From Candidatus Bathyarchaeota archaeon (lineage in GTDB: Archaea > Thermoproteota > Bathyarchaeia > TCS64): DNA of 64,000 nucleotides. The stretch's first letter is position 1. The number at the start of each line of letters is the position of its first letter. Below the pieces are notes generated by a model. It did not search any database, was not told the origin of the DNA, and saw only the letters and a program-made list of their open reading frames with translations. The position numbers and the translations under genes were made by a program. This document shows positions 35,686 to 44,891 of this stretch, piece after piece. Location: contig JABIBQ010000080.1 of NCBI GenBank assembly GCA_018652685.1, forward strand, positions 8,357 to 72,356, written 5' to 3'.

Positions 35686-36099
35686 ATGAACATGGACCAG
35701 TTCAAACTAGGAATGCATGTGGGCGAGATCAAGGCTTGGTGTGAGGCGGTCAAGAATGACGCGAAGGGAATGAGCCTCAGTGCGCCGTTCAAGCCAGAGG
35801 ACTATGAGACTCTTTTGCCCTACATGGTGGAGCACTCTGAGAGGAATGGAGTTAACTTTTACCACGAGAAAGAACTCATCGCCACGGATCTGTTCGGGGA
35901 CATGGACCTGTCGAGCATCTGGGTCTTCGTCATTTACAGGAGGCCCGAGACTCTGGAGAAATACCTCAAGCTGAAAGAGGACAAGGAGAAGCTGCTGGAG
36001 TCTGGAAGCTACGAGGGAGATACCAGAAAGGACATAGCTGTCCACTTTGGCAGGCTCCTCGGGTACAGCGACGCGATGATACACGCTCGGTGGAGCTAG
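35686..36099 (+). CDS. Hypothetical cytoplasmic protein
   Basis: 137-aa ORF with no motif recognised. Confidence 0.45.
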   Translation: MNMDQFKLGMHVGEIKAWCEAVKNDAKGMSLSAPFKPEDYETLLPYMVEHSERNGVNFYHEKELIATDLFGDMDLSSIWVFVIYRRPETLEKYLKLKEDKEKLLESGSYEGDTRKDIAVHFGRLLGYSDAMIHARWS

Positions 36100-37343
36100 G
36101 ACATCAGTTTCTTCAGGTACGCCACGAAGAGATCGATCTCCTCCTCGGTGTTGTAGAAGTGCGGGCTTACCCGCACCCCACCATAACCAGCCTGATACTT
36201 CATGGTTGGCCCCCTCACCTGCTTAATTGGGCGTCCCCTGAGCTGGGCGGTGGTTTTCCTGTCAAGTTCGTCGCTACCCGTCGTATACATCGTCAGGGCG
36301 TGCCTGTGGGTGTTCAACGCGTCTGGCTCTGGATCCGCCGGAGTCTTCACCTTACATCCGATCTCCTCAAGCTCCTCGCTGAGGTAGAGCCCCAGCCGCA
36401 TGTTCCGCCTCTCTATGTTCTCCTTACCCAGCCCGTTCAGCCACTTGAGGACGGCGTGCCAAGCCCAAATCTCGTCAGTCGCTGTAGTTCCCTGCTCAAA
36501 CCGCTGGGCAGTTTTCGGGAACGGGTAATCATAAGTCTTGACGCTGTCGTGGTCAGCTGCCCCGAACGGGAACTTGTCGAACCCGGTGATGCCCGGCCCC
36601 TTGTCCACGTTGATATAGCTCCAGAAGCTTGGCAGAAGCTCCTCGCACAGGCTCTGTTTCACGTACAGGAACCCCGCCTCAGGTGGGCCGCACTGCCACT
36701 TGTAGCTACCAGTGACCATAAAATCCACGTCATCGTCGTGAAGGTCAACCACCTTGGAGCCAATGGTCTGGACCGCGTCGTCCAGGACATACGTGCCCCT
36801 CTCGTGAGCGATTTCACAGACCTGCTTGACATCGTATGTGAACCCGCTGCCCACGCTGGTCCTGTTAATGACTACCAGTCGGGTGTTCTCGTCAACAGCA
36901 TTCTCCATGTCCTCCCGCATGATCCTGCCGTCCCTGTGCTTGATTACCCTGAGTTCGACCCCGTGCCTATTCAACGAGAGGAGCGTGTGGCCGGTGCTGG
37001 GGTACGCCTGGTCGGTCATCACCACGTTGTCACCCTTGTTCCATGGCTCGTTGTAGCCCAGCGTGTCCTTGATTATGTTTATCCCCTGAACCACCCTGCT
37101 GGTGATGCATAACTCGTCGGGTGAAGCCCCTACAAGCTTGGCTCCTTCCTCCCTTGCCAGTGGGTCTTTCTCGCTGAACCACGCGTGGTCTGTGCCACCA
37201 AGTGTGCTACCGTACCTCCTCCTGTTCCAGCACTCCATCACGGCGTTGTAGTTCACGAGGTTGAAGGGGGCGCTGCCGGCTGCCCCCAGGTATATCATAT
37301 CATCGATGTGGGGAAAGTTCTCCCTGATCTTATCGACGTTCAT
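36096..37343 (-). CDS. Class V PLP-dependent aminotransferase/cysteine desulfurase-like enzyme
   Basis: The likely start is ATG 37343 (MNVDKIRENFPHI...). PLP-Lys context TGSYKWQCGPPEAGFLYV. Confidence 0.8.
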   Translation of the reverse strand: MNVDKIRENFPHIDDMIYLGAAGSAPFNLVNYNAVMECWNRRRYGSTLGGTDHAWFSEKDPLAREEGAKLVGASPDELCITSRVVQGINIIKDTLGYNEPWNKGDNVVMTDQAYPSTGHTLLSLNRHGVELRVIKHRDGRIMREDMENAVDENTRLVVINRTSVGSGFTYDVKQVCEIAHERGTYVLDDAVQTIGSKVVDLHDDDVDFMVTGSYKWQCGPPEAGFLYVKQSLCEELLPSFWSYINVDKGPGITGFDKFPFGAADHDSVKTYDYPFPKTAQRFEQGTTATDEIWAWHAVLKWLNGLGKENIERRNMRLGLYLSEELEEIGCKVKTPADPEPDALNTHRHALTMYTTGSDELDRKTTAQLRGRPIKQVRGPTMKYQAGYGGVRVSPHFYNTEEEIDLFVAYLKKLMS

Positions 37344-37413
37344 GCAATAACAGTGAAAGACGAGTTGATAACGCCATCGACAAAAAGAAAAGGCGAGAAC
37401 CTGACGTATTGCC

Positions 37414-37803
37414 ATGGTTCCTGAGATCAACGGCGGACTCATGTTCATGTACTACGATGGCATCGGTGAGGCAGCAAGGTTCTACGAGGAGATACTGGGC
37501 TTCGAGTTGAAGCTGGACCGGGACTGGGTCAAGATCTACAAGTACGCATCTGATTGCCATGTGGGCCTCGTTGATGTCAGCATGGGGAGCCACAAGGTGA
37601 TGGAGGAGAAATCGGCGAGGCTCCAGCTAATGGTCAGTGACGCCCAGGCGTGGCACGATTACGTCAAGAGGAAGGGTCTCAAGCCCAGTAAGGACGAGCT
37701 CAAGGAGGGCGTGAAGCTGCACATCAAGGCATTCTCGGTCACTGACCCAGGCGGCTACACGGTTGAGTTCTGCGAGTACACGACCCCCTACGGGGACGCC
37801 TAG
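37414..37803 (+). CDS. VOC/glyoxalase-bleomycin resistance family protein
   Basis: 129 aa. Motifs FYEEILGF.L and the C-terminal DPGGYTVEF. Confidence 0.7.
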   Translation: MVPEINGGLMFMYYDGIGEAARFYEEILGFELKLDRDWVKIYKYASDCHVGLVDVSMGSHKVMEEKSARLQLMVSDAQAWHDYVKRKGLKPSKDELKEGVKLHIKAFSVTDPGGYTVEFCEYTTPYGDA

Positions 37804-38954
37804 AGATTCGTCACGACCTCGATTATCTTCTCAACATCCGATGATCTATTCCAGAACCCTACCGCTACCCTGACCACAGGAGGGTCGAGTGCACCAACTG
37901 TCCTCGTGAAAATGTAGTGCTTTCTGAACTCATCGACCATCTGTTTAGGATCAACGCCCTTGACCCTGAAGCTAAGGAGGCTGTTCTGATCCCTCGCTGA
38001 TACCAGATCGACCTTGGAGATATCGTTGAGACCATCCCAAAGAGCCCCGTATAGCATAGTAGTTCTCTTTACTATGAATGGGAGAGAAATCTCATCCATG
38101 ATCCACTCGGTGGCAGCAGTCCCTCCCTGGATGACGGGCAACGGGCGCGTGCTCACCTCGTACCTCTGGGCGGAGTCGGGGTAGGTCAGCTCTCCCGACC
38201 CGTGGTGAGCGTCACTGAATACCCCGGAATATGTGGGTTCGATCACTTCCATAGCGTCCTTTGACACGTAGAGCGCCCCTGCCCCGTCAGGCCCGCACAG
38301 GAATTTGTGCCTCGCCAGGGCATAGCCGTCCACATCCAGCTTCTTGACATCGACGAAACTGGTGCCGACTGCCTGGATGCCGTCCGCTAATAGAAGAGAA
38401 TCGTGTTCATGAGCCAATCTGGATGCCTCTTTCAGGTCAACCCTGCCACCTGTAGCGAAGTTGACATCGCTGAGGAGTACCATCCTCGTCTTGTCGCTGA
38501 TCTTCTCGGATAGCTGTTCCAGTGTGCCTTCGAACTGGTTGATGTACGTTAACTTGACCCCTCTGCGCTTCGCCAGGATCATCAGCGGAACCTTCGCGGC
38601 TGGATTCTCAAGGCTCCCGGCGATTATCTCGTCGCCTGGCTTCCAATCGTAGCCCCACATGAAGATGTTCATCCCGGTGGTCGTGGAATCGCAGAGGGCA
38701 ATTTCATCAGGGTTGGAGCCTATGAATCTCGATAGCACCTTCTTTGCCGCTGCCACTACCTCGCTGTACCGGGCTAAACCTGAGCCTTTGTCCCTCATAG
38801 CGTCAGGGTCATCGCCCCTGCTGGATGATTCTGATGAATAACCATCTCTGATACTCAAGCGTGCAGCCTGGCAGAGTGGGCCCCATGAGCCTGCGTTGAG
38901 AGCGATGATTTCATCAGACATGTGTAGTTCTTTCCGGATGTCCTCGATGTTCAT
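37800..38954 (-). CDS. Class V PLP-dependent aminotransferase/cysteine desulfurase-like enzyme (second copy)
   Basis: 384 aa. PLP-Lys context ALARHKFLCGPDGAGALYV. Confidence 0.8.
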   Translation of the reverse strand: MNIEDIRKELHMSDEIIALNAGSWGPLCQAARLSIRDGYSSESSSRGDDPDAMRDKGSGLARYSEVVAAAKKVLSRFIGSNPDEIALCDSTTTGMNIFMWGYDWKPGDEIIAGSLENPAAKVPLMILAKRRGVKLTYINQFEGTLEQLSEKISDKTRMVLLSDVNFATGGRVDLKEASRLAHEHDSLLLADGIQAVGTSFVDVKKLDVDGYALARHKFLCGPDGAGALYVSKDAMEVIEPTYSGVFSDAHHGSGELTYPDSAQRYEVSTRPLPVIQGGTAATEWIMDEISLPFIVKRTTMLYGALWDGLNDISKVDLVSARDQNSLLSFRVKGVDPKQMVDEFRKHYIFTRTVGALDPPVVRVAVGFWNRSSDVEKIIEVVTNL

Positions 38955-38986
38955 GGGATAGAGATATCCTCTGAGAGTAAGGAATT

Positions 38987-39090
38987 TACGCCTGTTTTCT
39001 GGGGAAAGGGTTACAGGACCCCCGCGCGCAACCTGAATTAGGCTCAGGTACTATTAACTTGGACCATAAATTACCAGATACGCCTGTTTT
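38987..39090. repeat. Two copies of the 12-mer TACGCCTGTTTT in a divergent intergenic region
   Basis: Exact direct copies at 38987-38998 and 39079-39090, between the class V aminotransferase (minus) and the MFS gene (plus). Confidence 0.45.
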
Positions 39091-39140
39091 TTCAATAACT
39101 ATATCTAAGTCGATCCCACTCGGTTAATGCTGATATCACC

Positions 39141-40406
39141 TTGAGTGAAGATGAGCCAGGATTCATATCAAAAGCAATGGCACCGTTCCTCGTATTGTTT
39201 ACGGGCCAGGCATTCAGCCTGTTCGGCAGCAGACTCGTCCAGTTCGCCCTCGTCTGGCACCTCACAGAGTTGACAAAATCACCGTCGGTGCTCGCCACGG
39301 CCAGCATAGCCGCATTGCTCCCGCAGGTCTTCATCGGACCATTCGCAGGCGCACTGGTTGACCGTTGGAACAGGAGGGTAGTGATGATGGTCGCGGATTC
39401 ACTTATCGCCCTGTCTATTCTGTTCCTTGCATTCATGTTCAGCGTTGGAAGGGTCGAGGTGTGGCACATCTACGCAGTAATGATGTTCAGGGCAGCAGGG
39501 GGAGCTTTCCAGTGGCCTGCAATGCAGGCGTCAACGAGCATGATGGTACCGAAGAAGCACCTGTCGCGAGTGGCCGGGATAAACCAGAGCTTCAGCGGAC
39601 TCGTCGCTATCAGCGCTCCGCCACTAGGCGCGCTTCTCCTTGAGATAATGCCCATCGAGTATGTTCTATCAATTGATGTGTTGACGGCCATTTTCGCGGT
39701 CGGCCCACTTTTGTTCATCACAGTTCCTCAGCCCGAGCACACTGGCGATAAGGCGAGTGGGGTCCTGGGTGACATGAAGGAGGGATTCCAGTGGATTTTC
39801 AAGCAGAAGGGTTTGCTCGTCATCATGTTGATGAGTCTCTGCATAAATATGGTCACCACACCGACTTTCACGATGCTTCCGCTTCTCATCACCGAGTTTT
39901 TCAAGGGAGGGGCCATCGAGCTTGCCTGGGTTCAATCAGCCAACGGGCTCGGGATGATACTGGGAGGAATAACCTTGGGCGTCTGGGGAGGGTTCAAGAG
40001 CAAGATCAACACCGCATTCTCAGGATTATTTATGGCGAGTCTAGGGCTCTTGGTGTTCAGCAGGACTCCAGCAGATAAGCTCTGGATCGGGATTGCCGCG
40101 ATGTTCGTATTCGGTTTCATGAACTCAATCGCCAACAGTAGCTTCTTCTCGGTGCTTCAAGCGCTGATCCCGCACGATATGCAGGGAAGGGTGTTCACGT
40201 TGATAATGAGCACAAGCGTTGCGGTTTCACCGCTGGGGCTTGCACTCGCGGGACCCATTGTTGAGCTCACAGGGCTCAGGTTCTGGTTCGTGATATCCGG
40301 CGTCGTCTTCATGATCGGTAGCTTTGTGGGATTCACGGTCCCTCAGGTCAAAACGTTGGAGGCGGACTGGGAGAAACAGATGGCCGAGACAGAGGACGCG
40401 GAATAA
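39141..40406 (+). CDS. MFS transporter (EntS/MFS_3-like)
   Basis: About 12 TM helices and motif A GALVDRWNRR. The start is TTG 39141 or ATG 39177. Confidence 0.8.
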   Translation: MSEDEPGFISKAMAPFLVLFTGQAFSLFGSRLVQFALVWHLTELTKSPSVLATASIAALLPQVFIGPFAGALVDRWNRRVVMMVADSLIALSILFLAFMFSVGRVEVWHIYAVMMFRAAGGAFQWPAMQASTSMMVPKKHLSRVAGINQSFSGLVAISAPPLGALLLEIMPIEYVLSIDVLTAIFAVGPLLFITVPQPEHTGDKASGVLGDMKEGFQWIFKQKGLLVIMLMSLCINMVTTPTFTMLPLLITEFFKGGAIELAWVQSANGLGMILGGITLGVWGGFKSKINTAFSGLFMASLGLLVFSRTPADKLWIGIAAMFVFGFMNSIANSSFFSVLQALIPHDMQGRVFTLIMSTSVAVSPLGLALAGPIVELTGLRFWFVISGVVFMIGSFVGFTVPQVKTLEADWEKQMAETEDAE

Positions 40407-40437
40407 CCTTATCACGCGTCGTTCCGACGTACTCTTT

Positions 40438-41265
40438 ATGAGAACCATCCAGTTAGGCCAGTCCAAACTCAGGGTATCCAGGTTAATCTACGGCTCGGAG
40501 CCGTTCAACCTCAAGAAGGGGCCCGACGGCGACAGGAACCAGGGGGATAAGACTCCCGAACAGGCGGCCGAGATACTAAAGGAAGCACTTGAACTGGGCG
40601 TCAACGTATGGGACACGAGTGACGATTACGGTACACACCCCCATCTCAGGGAAGCTCTGAATATAGTCAAGCGCAGTGACGTGTTTATCGCGGACAAGTC
40701 CAACGCGTTGACTGAGAAGGATGGCTGGGCTGCCCTTGAGTTCTCAAACAAGTCCCTTGGCACGGATTACGTCGATATCATGTTCCTGCACAACGTCCTG
40801 AACGAGGGCGTTGACCGAAAAGATTCTGCCGGCAAACCATATCGCGCTGGAAACCTCAAGGAAAGGATGGGGGCTCTCGGTGCCTGGGTAGAGGCAAAGG
40901 AATCTGGGGCAGTGAGGGCGACAGCACTCTCGACCCACAGCACAAAGGTACTCAGGCAGGTCCTCGATGTCCCAGAGATCGATATCGTGTGTACCACCTT
41001 GAACATGGCGGGGGCTGTAATAGATGACGGCACTCTTGAGGAGCACATCGAGGCCATAAGGGCCCTGAAAGAGGATGGCAGGGGCATCTATGTCATTAAG
41101 GTTCTACATGCTGGAAGGCTCAGGAACAGCGCGGCGGACGCGGTACGCTGGGCGTACCAGTTCCACGAGATAGTTGACGCGTGGAACATCGGGATGTACG
41201 ACATGAACGATGTGTGGTCAAACCTCGACATGATGGAGGAGTGCCTCCCTCTACATAGCGGATAA
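40438..41265 (+). CDS. Aldo/keto reductase
   Basis: ATG 40438 gives MRTIQLGQSKLRVSRLIYGS... followed by DTSDDYG. The ORF-track extension to 40324 overlaps the MFS gene and is Arg-rich. Confidence 0.8.
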   Translation: MRTIQLGQSKLRVSRLIYGSEPFNLKKGPDGDRNQGDKTPEQAAEILKEALELGVNVWDTSDDYGTHPHLREALNIVKRSDVFIADKSNALTEKDGWAALEFSNKSLGTDYVDIMFLHNVLNEGVDRKDSAGKPYRAGNLKERMGALGAWVEAKESGAVRATALSTHSTKVLRQVLDVPEIDIVCTTLNMAGAVIDDGTLEEHIEAIRALKEDGRGIYVIKVLHAGRLRNSAADAVRWAYQFHEIVDAWNIGMYDMNDVWSNLDMMEECLPLHSG

Positions 41266-41308
41266 TATTTATCTCACTTGAACGTCAACCAGATAGGTTC
41301 TGATAGAA

Positions 41309-42505
41309 GTGCAGTCCATCAGCAAGTATCTTGCCCTAGAGGGTAACATCCGTGTGCTCGCGGCGCAGACGTTCGTGAGTCAGATTGGACTGGGTATGTT
41401 CTACGTGATCTGGCAGCCATACCTGCTCAGCACGGGTATCACGGTGAGCCAACTGGGCCTCGTCCAGACCATGATCAACATCAGCACAGCGGTGGGACTG
41501 ATTGTCTGGGGGCAGGTCAGCGACAAGATCGGCAGAAAACCAGGCGTGATTGGCAGCGCCATCTGCAGGACTCTGGCGATATTGGTGCTCATCGTCTCGG
41601 GTCACTATTACGCGTTGATGGTGTTTGGGTTCTTTATCGGGTTCAGCGCCATGTTCATGATAGGGAACCCGGCCAGGAACGCGTTGATCGCTGAGTCCGT
41701 GGAGTCATCCAAGACGGCAACGGCACTCAGCACACTGATAACCATCAGCCAGGGCATCAGCACCCTTGTGGCAGGTGCAGGGGGCTATATCGCGCTCAAG
41801 ATGGGATACATGCCCATATTCTATGTGACGGTGGCTGGGGACTTGATTGGAAGCTTCCTGTTATGGAAGTACATCGAGGAGACCCATACACCAGAGAGCA
41901 ATGACACCGAGCAAGCCTCCCTGTCGCAGCAGATCAGGGACATGCTTGTTCCCGAGAGGACATATCTAACGCTCTACATCTCGATGCTCCTTCAAGGGTT
42001 CAGCTACGCCGTGGCGTACAGCCTCTTCTATGGCGCACTGACAGACACATACGGTTTCTCGACTTTCCAGCTGGGCCTGCTGAGCACCAGCTTCAACCTC
42101 GTATGGGCGGTGGACTCGATACCGCTCGGAAAGCTCGTTGATAGAATTGGCCATGTAAACGGGATGATAATGAGTTTCGCCATGGCGTTTGTCTCAGTTA
42201 TGGGCTTTATTTTGTTCAATCGGATCGAGTTCTTCATAATATTCAACGGGTTCAGCGCCATCGACATCGGTTTCTGGATGCCGTCATACATGAGCTTCGT
42301 GACGGGGCTGGTGCCTCAGGACAAGAGAAGCACTGTCATGGGGAAACTGGACGCCTACGGCAGGCTCGGTGCTATTCCTGCGCCCTGGCTGGGCGGTTTA
42401 CTCTACGAAAACTACGGCTTCGACGCGCCCCTCTACGTCCAGGCTGTCATTCTCGTGATAAATGCCGCAATTATCAACAGCCTTAGAGGCCGAGATAGCT
42501 CCTGA
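41309..42505 (+). CDS. MFS transporter
   Basis: 398 aa with a GTG start, 12 TM helices and motif A GQVSDKIGRK. Confidence 0.8.
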   Translation: MQSISKYLALEGNIRVLAAQTFVSQIGLGMFYVIWQPYLLSTGITVSQLGLVQTMINISTAVGLIVWGQVSDKIGRKPGVIGSAICRTLAILVLIVSGHYYALMVFGFFIGFSAMFMIGNPARNALIAESVESSKTATALSTLITISQGISTLVAGAGGYIALKMGYMPIFYVTVAGDLIGSFLLWKYIEETHTPESNDTEQASLSQQIRDMLVPERTYLTLYISMLLQGFSYAVAYSLFYGALTDTYGFSTFQLGLLSTSFNLVWAVDSIPLGKLVDRIGHVNGMIMSFAMAFVSVMGFILFNRIEFFIIFNGFSAIDIGFWMPSYMSFVTGLVPQDKRSTVMGKLDAYGRLGAIPAPWLGGLLYENYGFDAPLYVQAVILVINAAIINSLRGRDSS

Positions 42506-43046
42506 TCTCCAATTGTATATCAACAAGGGATTGGTCTCCGTCTATTACCGTCCACTCCTTCCGCTGTGCCAACCCAAGCACCCTGCCCCTGACCTTTGTG
42601 AGCCTCTCAAGGGACTCGAACATCTCCTTCTCGTCCCTGTTCTCCTCGATCCTTCTGTGGGCCTCCTCCGGTGTCACGTCAATAAAGAACATGTGGTCCC
42701 CGTTGGGCATCGTGATCTTGAAGACCATGTAGGCTAGTCTGTGGAGTGGGCTAGGAAGGTATGCGGTTCCCATCAGGTACCTGACGAACACCACATAGTC
42801 CACCTTGGACCACCTGTGGTAGAGAACAGACCTGATAACGTCGAGCATGTAGAGGACACTGGCCATTATCCTCGCCCAGGAGCCCTCCTTGAGCAAGTAC
42901 TCCCTTCCTTTCCTTCCAAGATAATTGTCGTCGCTGGGGTGGGACCTCATGACGTAGGTCATGCCAAGCCCCTCGATGTAGCTACACAGGTTCTCGGCCT
43001 GGGTGGTCTTACCAGAACCGTCAAGGCCGTCTAATACGATGAACAT
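42483..43046 (-). CDS. Thymidylate kinase-family P-loop kinase
   Basis: 187 aa. P-loop FIVLDGLDGSGKTT and a Tmk-like VRYLMGTAYL block. Its 3-prime end overlaps the convergent MFS gene by 23 nt. Confidence 0.65.
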   Translation of the reverse strand: MFIVLDGLDGSGKTTQAENLCSYIEGLGMTYVMRSHPSDDNYLGRKGREYLLKEGSWARIMASVLYMLDVIRSVLYHRWSKVDYVVFVRYLMGTAYLPSPLHRLAYMVFKITMPNGDHMFFIDVTPEEAHRRIEENRDEKEMFESLERLTKVRGRVLGLAQRKEWTVIDGDQSLVDIQLEIRSYLGL

Positions 43047-43750
43047 CAGATGCTCCCTCCCGTGGCGATGAAGGTGATTGCCCCCAATAAAGGAACGAAG
43101 ATGTTGTCGAGCCCTCTAGGGCAGACCGCCTCAACGATAGTCGAAAAGAGGGACACCGCGAAAATAGGTACCAATTGTGATCCGAGGGTGAACCCGTAGA
43201 TGCCTGAGAAATAGGCCATGCCCAGTGTCAGGCTCACAAGGCTTCCAGTGAACATTCCAATAGAGCCCTGGACTGATTTCTCCTCAAAGACCTTGAACTT
43301 GATTGAGCCATACTTCGTGCCAATCAGGGCGGCGGAGCTGTCACCATAGGCCATCGGGAAGATTCCTGCCGCGACAATGTACGGGGTGGCACCATAGAAG
43401 TAGGCGAGGATAGTGTAACTGATGGCATACATGAGGGGGCCCGTGCTGTGTCCCACTTCCGTCAACTCCCCTAGATTACCCAGCCTGTCAAGTAAGTTTT
43501 GGAGTGGAGAATATGGTGTTGCGAGGAAGGTCACCACGATGAAAGTTCCCGCGACGAGGACGGGGTAGATGGCATCCGTGAAATAGGGCATGATGAGAGG
43601 CAGGTTCCCGATCATCGCATGGAGGAACTTGCGACTAATCGTTGGGCTGATGATGTCAGCCCTCTTCAAGACCCCGGAAAAGATGATGATGGATATGACG
43701 TAGAGGTAACAGGCAGCCATGACCACAAGGTTAGAGCCAGTACTCGCCAT
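43046..43750 (-). CDS. CTP-dependent polyprenol (dolichol/phytol) kinase / cytidylyltransferase family membrane protein
   Basis: 234 aa, polytopic. Motifs SRKFLH and YGDSSAALIGTKYG...KSVQGSIGMF. Its stop overlaps the start of the downstream kinase gene by 1 nt. Confidence 0.65.
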   Translation of the reverse strand: MASTGSNLVVMAACYLYVISIIIFSGVLKRADIISPTISRKFLHAMIGNLPLIMPYFTDAIYPVLVAGTFIVVTFLATPYSPLQNLLDRLGNLGELTEVGHSTGPLMYAISYTILAYFYGATPYIVAAGIFPMAYGDSSAALIGTKYGSIKFKVFEEKSVQGSIGMFTGSLVSLTLGMAYFSGIYGFTLGSQLVPIFAVSLFSTIVEAVCPRGLDNIFVPLLGAITFIATGGSI

Positions 43751-43781
43751 AGCTTATCCCGTGTAGAGTTCCACTGATAAA

Positions 43782-44756
43782 CTATTGGCGCAGGGGGAAC
43801 TCCACGGTACTCTGCTCCCGCACGATGTGAGGTGGCCTCTCGCCCTTGAGGTAGCTCAGCACGTTGCCAGTGGAACGTATAGCCATCTTCTTCCTCGTCT
43901 CCCATGACGCAGAGGCGATATGGGGGGTCGCTAGAACGTTGGGCATCGACAGCAGCGTGTTATCAAGAGGTGTAGGCTCTTTCTCGAACACATCCAGTGC
44001 CGCCCCAGCGATCTTTCCGTTCCTGAGGGCATCAACTAGAGCCGACTCATTGATCACGGGCCCTCTACTTGTGTTCACGATGAGTGAACTTGTCTTCATC
44101 TTCTCCAACTCCTCGGACCCGATAATTCCCCTTGAGCTCGGGTTCAGGTCCACGTGTATCGTGAGGATATCGCTTTTCTCTAAAAGCTTGTCAAAGATGA
44201 CGTACTCGACGCCATACTTTTCTTCTAACTTCTTCTTTCTGATCAGATCATGGTAGATGACTTTCATGGGGAACCCCCTTGATCGCATAAGAACCTCAAG
44301 CCCGATTCTTCCGAGTCCGAGAATCCCAAGGGTTTTGCCCTCGGTGTCCCACCCGAAGGGAACAGCACCCTCGCGTTTTGCCCATCGTGTCCTGACATGT
44401 GAGTTTGCATATGGAATGTGTTTGTAGTAACCGAGGATCAGGGCCCAGGTATGGTCAGCGCCCCCGCTGCTGAGCACCTCAGGCGTATGCGTGACCATAA
44501 TACCACGCTGCGTACACTCCTCGACATCAACGGAGTCATATCCTACGCCGAAACGGGCAACCAGTTTGAGGTCGGGTGCCTTGTCCAGGAACCCAGCGTT
44601 TATGGGCTCGGTTCCAACGAGTATTGCCACAACGCCTTCCAGCTTGTCATCATACGGTCGCCTGACGTATTCCACGTCAGCGTACTCCTTGAGGGCATCA
44701 GAGACGTCCTCCGGGATGTTCTTGGTATCGGGGCTGATCAGAACTTTAGGTCTCAT
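43782..44756 (-). CDS. D-isomer-specific 2-hydroxyacid dehydrogenase (glyoxylate/hydroxypyruvate reductase-like)
   Basis: 324 aa. NAD motif GKTLGILGLGRIG, and the catalytic region NTSRG...LDV...EP...PH. Confidence 0.85.
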   Translation of the reverse strand: MRPKVLISPDTKNIPEDVSDALKEYADVEYVRRPYDDKLEGVVAILVGTEPINAGFLDKAPDLKLVARFGVGYDSVDVEECTQRGIMVTHTPEVLSSGGADHTWALILGYYKHIPYANSHVRTRWAKREGAVPFGWDTEGKTLGILGLGRIGLEVLMRSRGFPMKVIYHDLIRKKKLEEKYGVEYVIFDKLLEKSDILTIHVDLNPSSRGIIGSEELEKMKTSSLIVNTSRGPVINESALVDALRNGKIAGAALDVFEKEPTPLDNTLLSMPNVLATPHIASASWETRKKMAIRSTGNVLSYLKGERPPHIVREQSTVEFPLRQ

Positions 44757-44773
44757 GTAAATAGAGTTGTCCG

Positions 44774-44859
44774 GGTAGGATAAGAGAATGCCCGTTGCAC
44801 GGATAACCCCGTGCTTACTGTAAACAGTAAGTATTGTAAATATTATTCTGGTAGGATAA
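44774..44859. promoter_or_regulatory. Direct repeats flanking two adjacent inverted repeats in a divergent promoter region
   Basis: GGTAGGATAA occurs at 44774-44783 and 44850-44859. The inverted repeats are GCACGG-N6-CCGTGC (44797-44814) and CTTACTG-TAAA-CAGTAAG (44814-44831). Confidence 0.35.
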
Positions 44860-44891
44860 ATGCCTAATTTTATATCGGATTACCCCGACTG

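Noticed and set aside
36090-37112. A 340-aa ORF on the + strand, fully antisense to the class V aminotransferase gene.
   Set aside because: Its composition is Pro/Arg/Val/His-rich and low-complexity, with no motif. The opposite strand carries a well-supported PLP enzyme with an intact Lys motif. This is a typical shadow ORF of a GC-rich third-position gene.
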